Of a stretch of DNA of 64,000 nt, positions 56,411 through 64,000 are shown one piece after another. Each line of letters opens with the position of its first letter. Position 1 is the first letter of the stretch. Under the pieces are notes generated by a model. It made no database searches. It saw only the letters and a program-made list of their open reading frames with translations, and had not been told where the DNA came from. The position numbers were made by a program, and so were the translations under genes. Origin of the DNA: Escherichia coli (lineage in GTDB: Bacteria; Pseudomonadota; Gammaproteobacteria; Enterobacterales; Enterobacteriaceae); the NCBI GenBank assembly GCA_025544715.1, contig GCA_025544715.1_4109.3, one strand, 5' to 3'.

Positions 56411-56826
56411 ATAGTCCTCATTGTACTGATTGCTTTTAGTGTGTCAAACAATGCACCATATTTTACTTGCATTAGTTGATCACCCGCAGGAAGATTCATA
56501 CGCATAACAGCCATGTCTTCAATCATTTCAGACGTACACAGTACTGCTACACAGGTAATAGCATCATTTAATCCAGCTTCATTGAATTTGGCAAAAGGAA
56601 CTTTTCCCTGTTTGCTAAGGTTGTTATAATAAGAATTTAATTTATCATGTCCACCAGCATTTAGTACTACAATAGTTTCGTGTTCATAGTACCATTCATC
56701 AATAATAGTACTGAAAGCAGTACCTTCATATTCTTTAATTAGTTTAACACCAGCATGGAATGCTTGAATACCAGCTTGGACACCTTGACAGTACATATTA
56801 GTTAAGCAATACAATTTCATTTCCAT
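56407..56826 (-). CDS. Hypothetical protein (139 aa)
   Basis: ORF in array. Confidence 0.45.
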   Translation of the reverse strand: MEMKLYCLTNMYCQGVQAGIQAFHAGVKLIKEYEGTAFSTIIDEWYYEHETIVVLNAGGHDKLNSYYNNLSKQGKVPFAKFNEAGLNDAITCVAVLCTSEMIEDMAVMRMNLPAGDQLMQVKYGALFDTLKAISTMRTI

Positions 56827-57044
56827 ACCTCTTGTTTTTCTACATAGCCTTTCCCATCACAGTGTGGACAAGCAAAAAAGCTGCGGTAATCTTCTGACGG
56901 TACTTGTTGTGTTCCATTACATGTAGGACACACTTTACGTGCACCCGAAATAATACGTTCATGGTGTTCAGCTTGTTTAGCTGAATCAAAAATACGACCA
57001 TCTTCAGTTTGGTATTTTTCTACCATAACTTGAATTACTTTCAT
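56817..57044 (-). CDS. Zinc-ribbon protein (75 aa)
   Basis: CPTC...CPHC. Confidence 0.45.
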   Translation of the reverse strand: MKVIQVMVEKYQTEDGRIFDSAKQAEHHERIISGARKVCPTCNGTQQVPSEDYRSFFACPHCDGKGYVEKQEVWK

Positions 57045-57054
57045 TTCTATTTCC

Positions 57055-57324
57055 TTATAAAAATGTTAAATCTTCAGTACTTAATTGTGATAATTTACCA
57101 TCATATTCAATTTCAACATATACATTTTGGTCATAAACAGCAACTACACGTTTAATAACTCCAATCTTCACTACATTCTTTTTGTAGTAGAACTCAACTG
57201 AACAACCAATAAGTTTATTTGATAGAATCTCACGTATTTGATTAGCATGATCTTTTAGGATAGAATTAATAGATTTTTTCATAATATATCTATCATTCAA
57301 ATATTTTTTAACTACATCATGCAT
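57055..57324 (-). CDS. Hypothetical protein (89 aa)
   Basis: ORF in array. Confidence 0.4.
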   Translation of the reverse strand: MHDVVKKYLNDRYIMKKSINSILKDHANQIREILSNKLIGCSVEFYYKKNVVKIGVIKRVVAVYDQNVYVEIEYDGKLSQLSTEDLTFL

Positions 57325-57329
57325 AATTA

Positions 57330-58088
57330 TTACCTTTTGAAACGATTGAATGAGTACTCATCTTTTTCTTTACGTAAGTATCTCATCCCACCACTTTGTG
57401 GAGTAGCAAGAGTTAAGTCACCCGTCAAGAACTGACTATCAATCCAAATGCGATTACCATAAATGAGTGGTTCAGTAACGGCTGTATGTCCACTAAAGAC
57501 ACAATGCACTCCATCTAACTTAGGTGCATAATAGGTATTATTCATTCTACAATAATCGAATGTTTTCCTATCCCACAAGCACTTATCAATTATATCAGCA
57601 CTAAGTGATTTTGTCCCATTAACAAATCGTTCCCATGTTGTATATTCCAACGGAACTCCAGCATGAACTAACCCAATCTTCAATCCTCGGTGATTGATTT
57701 GGATAATCATGGGTAAATCTTTTAAGTACTGACGAAAGAATTGAATGCCTGTTCCTCCAACTTCATCAAGGAATTTATCACCACCATTACTTATCCAACA
57801 ATGATACCAATCTCGAAGTGTTTCCGAATCAACGCACATCATCTCATGATTACCCGCAATCATGTAACGATTTTCTCCGAACAAAAATTCAAAAAGGAGC
57901 TTTGAATTTTGTTCTCCACGGTCGATAATATCACCTACACTGAAAACATAATCATTGTGTGTAATACCAAATTCTTTCACTGTAGCATCCCATAGTTTAC
58001 CATTACCATGCAAATCACCTACAATGTATAAATCTTTATCATCAGGTACGGTTACTTCTAAGAAATGTTTCATTATTACTCCAACCAT
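57330..58088 (-). CDS. Ser/Thr protein phosphatase (PPP-family metallophosphatase)
   Basis: GDLHG, GDIIDRG, GNHE motifs. Confidence 0.7.
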   Translation of the reverse strand: MVGVIMKHFLEVTVPDDKDLYIVGDLHGNGKLWDATVKEFGITHNDYVFSVGDIIDRGEQNSKLLFEFLFGENRYMIAGNHEMMCVDSETLRDWYHCWISNGGDKFLDEVGGTGIQFFRQYLKDLPMIIQINHRGLKIGLVHAGVPLEYTTWERFVNGTKSLSADIIDKCLWDRKTFDYCRMNNTYYAPKLDGVHCVFSGHTAVTEPLIYGNRIWIDSQFLTGDLTLATPQSGGMRYLRKEKDEYSFNRFKR

Positions 58089-58327
58089 ATAATATTAGTG
58101 TGTTTAGTAACTTGTGTTCCAGCAAAAGAACCATCTTTAAGATAAGTATTAATTTTAAAACGCCATTCACCACCACTAATATACATATCAGTAATAATAT
58201 ACTTTCCATACCCTCTAGAGTTTATTAATCGTACTTCTTGACCAATATATTTTGGCTTCAGATCATTTATAAAATCATCAGCCAAAGACATAAGATATCG
58301 CAAATGTGATAAGTCGTGGTTGAACAT
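58076..58327 (-). CDS. Hypothetical protein (83 aa)
   Basis: ORF in array. Confidence 0.4.
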   Translation of the reverse strand: MFNHDLSHLRYLMSLADDFINDLKPKYIGQEVRLINSRGYGKYIITDMYISGGEWRFKINTYLKDGSFAGTQVTKHTNIIWLE

Positions 58328-58542
58328 TATTTCTTTCTCTTATATTTGTTAATAATATCTTGGGTAAGTGAAATAAAAATATATACTAACGTTACAGGCC
58401 AAATAATAGCCATCAGTGCTGCTGTTTGGAGATTCATGATAATCATGAATTCATCTTTAAAACAACCCCAATTAAGTACTAGAAAGTTGGTTATAAATGT
58501 AACAAATGCTACAAATCCATATATTGCAAAAAATGTTATCAT
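58327..58542 (-). CDS. Small membrane protein (71 aa)
   Basis: Two hydrophobic helices. Confidence 0.4.
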   Translation of the reverse strand: MITFFAIYGFVAFVTFITNFLVLNWGCFKDEFMIIMNLQTAALMAIIWPVTLVYIFISLTQDIINKYKRKK

Positions 58543-58544
58543 AA

Positions 58545-58874
58545 TTATTCCTCATCATCCACTAAAACAAGATAATCCAAACTCAACTCTGTATCTATGT
58601 AACAATCACAATTCAAGTACTCAATTTCAGCACCTATAGTTCTCCCATTCTTAAATATCTCAATGATTTTCATTCTAGTATTGGGATTAATGTGTTCAAT
58701 GTCGTATTCGTATTCAGGGTCAATATACTGACTTGTAATACGTTTGATGTATTGTTCCGAATATCGTACAGTTTTACCTATAAGATCATTACTCAACGTC
58801 TGATAAAAATCATCTTGAATTTTGAATAATGACCTATAAAAAATATTATGTTGAATTAGTGGTTTCATAGACAT
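58545..58874 (-). CDS. Hypothetical protein (109 aa)
   Basis: ORF in array. Confidence 0.45.
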   Translation of the reverse strand: MSMKPLIQHNIFYRSLFKIQDDFYQTLSNDLIGKTVRYSEQYIKRITSQYIDPEYEYDIEHINPNTRMKIIEIFKNGRTIGAEIEYLNCDCYIDTELSLDYLVLVDDEE

Positions 58875-59503
58875 TAATCACAACTTCCAGAAGATGAACT
58901 TGAATCAGAACTAGAGCTATCATAGGAACAAGAATCAGAGGAAGAACTGCTGTGACGGCTATAATCACTGTAATCATCATTGTTGTAGATTGGTGATGTT
59001 ACGATTGCTGCTGCGGTCGCTGCCGTTGCAATTTGTGCAGTATGGTCATGAACACCTAGTTGTGGTTCATCCTTAGATTTACCTTTGTTCTTACCTTTAG
59101 TGTAACGAGCTTTCTTTGCAGTTTTAGTATTTTTCTGTGCTTTAGGAGCTTTTGGTTTCACATCTTCAACGACTGGAACTACATTCACTACAACTTTAGG
59201 GTCAGTTTCTTCAAGTGTATTATACACTTTAACTTGCATTTGCACTTCAACTTCTTTAACTTCTTCTTTAACTTCTGGAATAACTGTTTCTGGTGCTGGG
59301 GTGATTTTATCAAGTTCTTCAGTAATAAAGAAGCTTGTATTTTTCTCACCTAGCATAACAAGAAGACCAATAGCAATCACTGGACTTAGTACTGTACCAA
59401 GTACTACATAACCTAGAACACTTCTGTTATAGTTATATGCAAGCATACCAGAAATAATAATACCGATTACATATGCACTGCTAAGAATAATTGGGGTTAA
59501 CAT
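58874..59503 (-). CDS. Membrane protein with Lys-rich linker and Ser-rich C-terminal tail
   Basis: Two N-terminal TM helices; C-terminal low-complexity Ser/Asp/Cys tail. Confidence 0.45.
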   Translation of the reverse strand: MLTPIILSSAYVIGIIISGMLAYNYNRSVLGYVVLGTVLSPVIAIGLLVMLGEKNTSFFITEELDKITPAPETVIPEVKEEVKEVEVQMQVKVYNTLEETDPKVVVNVVPVVEDVKPKAPKAQKNTKTAKKARYTKGKNKGKSKDEPQLGVHDHTAQIATAATAAAIVTSPIYNNDDYSDYSRHSSSSSDSCSYDSSSSDSSSSSGSCD

Positions 59504-59807
59504 ATTCTACTCCTTTGTATATAAATTTACTAACTTCTTCGATGTATAAAGACGTCCCTAAACGTTCATTTAGAACTAACCAAGCACCAAAACCACATCG
59601 AATCTCGGATATATGAAACTCTTCTACACTGTAATTTGAATACGCCTTAAATGGACATATTTCATCAGATATACTTACCACATAGTTATTACTAATTGAA
59701 TCTAACACTTGGGTATTGTATAAATTATTAGTACTGAAAATGTGCATTAACGAACTAGAAAGCATCTCGAATGTCTTTTCTAAAATTGTTAAAAACGAAC
59801 CATTCAC
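59481..59807 (-). CDS. Hypothetical protein (108 aa)
   Basis: ORF in array. Confidence 0.4.
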   Translation of the reverse strand: MNGSFLTILEKTFEMLSSSLMHIFSTNNLYNTQVLDSISNNYVVSISDEICPFKAYSNYSVEEFHISEIRCGFGAWLVLNERLGTSLYIEEVSKFIYKGVEYVNPNYS

Positions 59808-59864
59808 TTCAACTTCTCCACATTGGTGATGTAATCAAATTATATCACCGAATTCTGATACGTC

Positions 59865-60170
59865 TCATGATATTCGCATTTCATCTATATATAATGAACA
59901 TGATTCAGAATTATCGTCTAAACTTAAACCTAAATCAACCATTAAACCACAATGAGTTCCCCAGAATTTCTTTATGTATAGTTTTTTCCTACTATTACCT
60001 AAATCATAAACATATTCATTTTTAAACATACTTTTTAATTCTTCACATATACATTTTACTATCTTCATTAATTGATTATGATATTCGTATGGTATCCCAT
60101 CAAGTTCGTTAATTATTAATGCAAAACCATTATCATAGTACTTTAGCTTATTGAATGTTTGTATATCCAT
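59865..60170 (-). CDS. Hypothetical protein (101 aa)
   Basis: ORF in array. Confidence 0.4.
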   Translation of the reverse strand: MDIQTFNKLKYYDNGFALIINELDGIPYEYHNQLMKIVKCICEELKSMFKNEYVYDLGNSRKKLYIKKFWGTHCGLMVDLGLSLDDNSESCSLYIDEMRIS

Positions 60171-60467
60171 TTAATATATAATCTCACTAGCTTCTATTGT
60201 GTAGACACCATCATCAGTCATTAATCTTACTGCAACTTTAATATTACTAGACAATCGTGTAACTATCAATCCAATAATTATACCATCCTTTAAAGTACCA
60301 TTATGGTATCTTACTTGTACTTTAGTTTTGTTATCAATTAGGTATCTTCGAATATAATGAATTTCAGTTCTAAACAGTTCTAAGTAAACTTCACTATATT
60401 CCTTATCTGAACCGTCTGAACACCAGTACAATAAATTTACTTGTTCAAATAATTTTTTTATATTCAT
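60171..60467 (-). CDS. Hypothetical protein (98 aa)
   Basis: ORF in array. Confidence 0.4.
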   Translation of the reverse strand: MNIKKLFEQVNLLYWCSDGSDKEYSEVYLELFRTEIHYIRRYLIDNKTKVQVRYHNGTLKDGIIIGLIVTRLSSNIKVAVRLMTDDGVYTIEASEIIY

Positions 60468-60766
60468 AAAAATCTCACAGATTTAATATTACTAGTTACA
60501 TGATTAACCCAAGTGTTATCGAACTTGTAAACAATTGTATTAAGTGATTTATGAAAATTAACCTCAGACACCACAGCCTTGGAACCATTGATTACACAGA
60601 CGGTTGACGGTAAATTATTTGCTAATATCTCTTTTTCATCTAAAGATAGTGAACTAATACAATCATAATAGAGAGGTTCAAGAACTTGTTCAGTACTGAG
60701 AAATTCAAAAGAAAGATCATCTATTAGTTTTATGTAATCGAATAAATTATGATAATATTCATTCAT
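60464..60766 (-). CDS. Hypothetical protein (start likely MNEYYHN at 60766)
   Basis: Internal ATG avoids 65-nt overlap with upstream gene. Confidence 0.4.
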   Translation of the reverse strand: MNEYYHNLFDYIKLIDDLSFEFLSTEQVLEPLYYDCISSLSLDEKEILANNLPSTVCVINGSKAVVSEVNFHKSLNTIVYKFDNTWVNHVTSNIKSVRFL

Positions 60767-61013
60767 TGCAGATCCTTTTAAATTTAGCATTATTAGAATA
60801 TGTATATGAATGACCAAAATCATTTACGCCATGTACATTTAGTACACCGTCACTGAAATAAATTCGTTCAATAGTGAGTTCACGTTTATAATCCCAATCA
60901 TCATACCAGCACAGAACACGAATACCTTTGTACTTTGTAGTTAAATCATTTTCTAATATAGTCAAGTAATCAATATGACTTTTGAATATCTCTAAGTCCT
61001 GCTCAAACATCAT
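60759..61013 (-). CDS. Hypothetical protein (84 aa)
   Basis: ORF in array. Confidence 0.4.
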   Translation of the reverse strand: MMFEQDLEIFKSHIDYLTILENDLTTKYKGIRVLCWYDDWDYKRELTIERIYFSDGVLNVHGVNDFGHSYTYSNNAKFKRICNE

Positions 61014-61270
61014 TGTTCCTCGTATAATTCTATATCATCAACTCCAACTTGGCGAATTGCAGTACTTCTGTTGAATGTATTTTTTTCAAACAAACATACT
61101 GTTAAACGTATTTCACACTTCAATGCACTGTAATAAATCATATCAATAACACCATATGTTTCATACATTTCTACGTATACATTTCGACCTAAATACTTTT
61201 CTTCTAAATCAGTAATTAGACTATTGATAAGATTACCTATCTGTGTTATATCTGTGTGAAATTTATCCAT
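61010..61270 (-). CDS. Hypothetical protein (86 aa)
   Basis: ORF in array. Confidence 0.4.
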   Translation of the reverse strand: MDKFHTDITQIGNLINSLITDLEEKYLGRNVYVEMYETYGVIDMIYYSALKCEIRLTVCLFEKNTFNRSTAIRQVGVDDIELYEEQ

Positions 61271-61515
61271 TATAATAAACCTCTCACATAAAACATTGAT
61301 GAAAATAGATAATCATTAGTACTTGTGTTTAGTTGTTTAGAAAAGTTATATTTTTTATCTTTATTTTCGTATAAAGACAATCTATAGAACATTTCTATAT
61401 TTTCTAAGTATTCTTTTTGTAACAACATCTGTGTTTTTACATTCATTACAATATACCTTAAAAGAAAAAGGGACCAACATATGATCCCTTTTGTATTAGA
61501 AATTTCCTTCTGCAA
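61270..61515 (-). CDS. Hypothetical protein (81 aa)
   Basis: ORF in array. Confidence 0.35.
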   Translation of the reverse strand: MQKEISNTKGIICWSLFLLRYIVMNVKTQMLLQKEYLENIEMFYRLSLYENKDKKYNFSKQLNTSTNDYLFSSMFYVRGLL

Positions 61516-62428
61516 CTTGAAAAACTTTCAAGCCAAGTAGTTTACGCCACATGAATACAACTTGATCGCGGTCATCATAAACCTTTTTAACATCGTAATG
61601 ATCAACCACATTTTTCATGTACAGGTCGAATTTTACAACATCATCGGGACGTTTATCATCGATGTCTCGCATAAACAATGCATCGTAAGGAACACCCCAA
61701 TTCTTAAGCCACTGTTCGGTATCAGCACGACACCCTTCAGTACGCCCACTCATGACGATAATCTTGCGTTTATGAAAAACTGCTTCAGCGATAATAGACA
61801 AAATAACTTCTTCATCTGGTGTATCCTGAAGAACAGTACTTTCATCGTAAGGATTACGACCCCATTTATGAGCAAGAGTACCGTCAATATCAACGATAAC
61901 AGCAGCTTCTCGTGAATTACCATAGTAACCAATGTGCATGGCCTTACTATAATAGTACGTATCTGCCATAGTGTCAATGATATTATCTTGTACAGAACGC
62001 TCACGCATGAGGTTACGTTTCTTACAAAGTTTTACGAACTCTTTAATCTTAAAGAAAACATGAACATCTGCACCACGATCTTCATTCGGTACAAAATCTT
62101 CGTAGAAGTTCTTTTCTTTGTAGTCGTATTCATTATCTTTAGCCCAACGTTTCCATTCATCACGGAAATGTTGTTTAAGGTTCGTATCGGACACAATGAT
62201 GTTCCAACCATTCTCTGCTGCTGAATTTGCTGCACTGAACTGCATTTTAGTTACGTACTGCTCATTAGCGTCGTTGAATTTGTATGCATCATGTGACCCA
62301 GCCATAGATTCACGAATATCATCACGGTTGATGTTGATAGTCTTTGATTTGGCATTTTTAATTTCTTGAACTGCCCATGTAGTTTTACCACAACCAGGCA
62401 ACCCAACTGTTAGTGTAATAGTTGGCAT
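61496..62428 (-). CDS. pseT: Polynucleotide 5'-kinase/3'-phosphatase (T4 PseT-like)
   Basis: P-loop GLPGCGKTT; HAD motif VIVDIDGTL; C-terminus DDRDQVVFMWRKLLGLKVFQVAEGNF parallels T4 Pnk from memory. Confidence 0.85.
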   Translation of the reverse strand: MPTITLTVGLPGCGKTTWAVQEIKNAKSKTININRDDIRESMAGSHDAYKFNDANEQYVTKMQFSAANSAAENGWNIIVSDTNLKQHFRDEWKRWAKDNEYDYKEKNFYEDFVPNEDRGADVHVFFKIKEFVKLCKKRNLMRERSVQDNIIDTMADTYYYSKAMHIGYYGNSREAAVIVDIDGTLAHKWGRNPYDESTVLQDTPDEEVILSIIAEAVFHKRKIIVMSGRTEGCRADTEQWLKNWGVPYDALFMRDIDDKRPDDVVKFDLYMKNVVDHYDVKKVYDDRDQVVFMWRKLLGLKVFQVAEGNF

Positions 62429-62440
62429 TATTACTCCTTG

Positions 62441-62755
62441 TTACTCAATGAATTCAACATCTTCGAGTTTGTGCCATCCTCTTGAAAGGTTTCTTGTTCC
62501 GTTATTGTATTCAGTGTATACAAAGCATTCACCATTTACTAAATTACCAATAGCAGTACGCGATACTTTAACATCAAGAATTATAGTACTGAACCATTCT
62601 CTGATTGTATGATCCCAGCATTTAACTTTACATCCAATCAATGTTTTCTTAAAATCGAAAACGTAATCTTCGACCATTGATTCGACAGATTCTATTAGTT
62701 CCTTTTCAATGTACTTTAACTTTTCGATCCTCTCAAATGCAAGTTCTTTATTCAT
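62441..62755 (-). CDS. Hypothetical protein (104 aa)
   Basis: ORF in array. Confidence 0.4.
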   Translation of the reverse strand: MNKELAFERIEKLKYIEKELIESVESMVEDYVFDFKKTLIGCKVKCWDHTIREWFSTIILDVKVSRTAIGNLVNGECFVYTEYNNGTRNLSRGWHKLEDVEFIE

Positions 62756-62761
62756 ATGTCC

Positions 62762-63016
62762 TCAATTATCTAGAACATCCACTATCAAACAAGCTTCAAT
62801 AACGAAACAATCATCTAATTCAAAGAGTAATTGATAGTCATCAGAAAACTTCACTTTAGTAATGTAAGCACTTTCAATTCCACCACTATGATAAGAACTA
62901 TATAAAATACATTTACCTGTATATTCCTTACGGATACGACTAAATTCTTCATATAAATGAGTAATAAACGTATCCGCAGTTTTGTTGTAGTATTTTAGGT
63001 CACTTACTGTGCTCAT
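62762..63016 (-). CDS. Hypothetical protein (84 aa)
   Basis: ORF in array. Confidence 0.4.
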   Translation of the reverse strand: MSTVSDLKYYNKTADTFITHLYEEFSRIRKEYTGKCILYSSYHSGGIESAYITKVKFSDDYQLLFELDDCFVIEACLIVDVLDN

Positions 63017-63230
63017 TAACTTTTCCTACTCCAAATCGTTTGGAGATTTTCACAAGTACAGATTCATCACAACGAATACTAGCTGTATCATTGGATGAAC
63101 TGTACTTTAATGGGGTCCACTGTAATTGAGATTCTTCTAGGAACTTGATACATCTGAAGTAATCTTTCAGAGAAAGAAATTTAACTACTGACATATCCTG
63201 AACAATACTATGCTGAACTTCAACTTTCAT
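63000..63230 (-). CDS. Hypothetical protein (76 aa)
   Basis: ORF in array. Confidence 0.4.
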   Translation of the reverse strand: MKVEVQHSIVQDMSVVKFLSLKDYFRCIKFLEESQLQWTPLKYSSSNDTASIRCDESVLVKISKRFGVGKVNEHSK

Positions 63231-63239
63231 ATGAACTCC

Positions 63240-63497
63240 TTATAGTGGATCAAATTTATTTTCACGTTTCGATGTATAGCGAGTTACATCATGTATTCTC
63301 GGCTTAACACCTTTTGGTTTCCTTTTCTTCTTGTATTCAGTACTACTACATCCGAAGGTATTCTCGATTCGTTTCTTACTTATCTTCACACCTTTCATTG
63401 AGCGTTTGTGCTGTAATTCATCGATTTCTTCTTGTATTTTCCTGAACTCAGTCGGAGAAAGGGAACCGTCATTTTTATACTTAGGTTTAGCCATCAC
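63240..63497 (-). CDS. Small basic protein (85 aa; GTG start)
   Basis: Lys/Arg-rich. Confidence 0.4.
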   Translation of the reverse strand: MMAKPKYKNDGSLSPTEFRKIQEEIDELQHKRSMKGVKISKKRIENTFGCSSTEYKKKRKPKGVKPRIHDVTRYTSKRENKFDPL

Positions 63498-63524
63498 TTC
63501 TCCTTGTGCTTAGGCTAGATAGTA

Positions 63525-63974
63525 CTAAAAATCCTTTAGTACAATTTTCATGTATTTTATAAGAGTCTCTTTGTAATCAACTTTCTTATTGTTATACATT
63601 GCAAAGGCCAAGCCCTGACGATTCAGTTCATTAGTTAAACACTCCTGAACCTTCATTGCGAATTCCTTTCGCTCCAAGTGCTTGTGTTCCTTGACGAAGC
63701 TTTCTACTTCATCTTGTAATGCATTATAGCACGAAAATACCAATTGTTCCATTCTTAATATCTTTTGCATAGCATATTCATCAGTACTGAACAATTGTTT
63801 TAAATCATCACTTGAACCATTTAATACGGCTTCATATAAATGAGAATCAATAATAATACTATCTTTTGTAAGATGTAATGAACTGTACCAGTCAGTCTTT
63901 ATTTTACACATTGTTCCATTATTTAGGATGCACACAAAACCCTCAATATCAAGCATTTTATGAACTTCCTCCAC
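63525..63974 (-). CDS. Hypothetical protein (149 aa)
   Basis: ORF near window end. Confidence 0.4.
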   Translation of the reverse strand: MEEVHKMLDIEGFVCILNNGTMCKIKTDWYSSLHLTKDSIIIDSHLYEAVLNGSSDDLKQLFSTDEYAMQKILRMEQLVFSCYNALQDEVESFVKEHKHLERKEFAMKVQECLTNELNRQGLAFAMYNNKKVDYKETLIKYMKIVLKDF

Positions 63975-64000
63975 GCTTTCACGGAAGGTATTTCGTACCG

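Noticed and set aside
2081-63513. Numerous plus-strand and nested shadow ORFs in the track (e.g. 2081-2332, 5878-6132, 7474-7707, 7924-8163, 8445-8813, 15078-15380, 29775-30101, 33691-34005, 41515-41823, 43450-43716, 53198-53623, 53863-54189, 55174-55476, 58316-58639, 59060-59353, 61562-61915, 61934-62224)
   Set aside because: Each lies antisense to or nested within a better-supported minus-strand gene, lacks an RBS and gives low-complexity or Cys/Phe/Ile-rich translations typical of antisense AT-rich sequence.
1-64000. Prophage or mobile-element boundaries (integrase, transposase, attachment repeats) and a diversity-generating retroelement near the fibre genes
   Set aside because: No integrase, transposase or reverse transcriptase motifs in any frame examined; the window appears to be wholly internal to a lytic-phage-like genome.

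Overview
This 64-kb window looks like a segment of a low-GC, T4-like contractile-tailed phage genome (not a bacterial chromosome). About 110 tightly packed genes, many with ATGA stop/start overlaps, sit almost entirely on the minus strand, with one plus-strand two-gene island at 46.4-48.7 kb and many rho-independent terminator hairpins. Products were recognised from motifs in the supplied translations, recalled from memory and not searched: tail sheath (N-terminal part, gene runs off the window start), dNMP kinase, NrdC-like glutaredoxin, two Nudix hydrolases, CCA-adding enzyme, ribosome hibernation factor (HPF), a TM-LysM-lysozyme-like protein, a spanin pair, an HNH endonuclease, an ACP-like protein, three tail-fibre-like paralogs, anaerobic ribonucleotide reductase NrdD/NrdG, PIN-PhoH, a CPR-domain protein, Sir2, HslV-like and ClpP-like peptidases, ClpP, dCMP deaminase plus a second small deaminase, DNA ligase, two metallophosphatases and polynucleotide kinase/phosphatase. 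Synteny differs from T4 (dNMP kinase sits directly upstream of the sheath gene). The strongest unexplained signals are: (1) the palindromic octamer CAGTACTG occurs at least 35 times, in all three reading frames, against under 1 expected from composition; (2) a roughly 550-bp ORF-free structured region at 17.06-17.61 kb with two hairpin-forming direct repeats; (3) a Sir2-Nudix-CPR operon which, with the macro-domain, 2H phosphoesterase, Pnk and CCA enzyme, suggests an NAD/ADP-ribose-linked RNA-repair or counter-defence set; (4) an ACP-like protein whose pantetheinylation serine is Trp, and a lysozyme-like protein lacking the catalytic Glu. No CRISPR array, tRNA, integrase or reverse transcriptase was found. 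Hand-derived coordinates for motifs and hairpins are accurate to a few bp.
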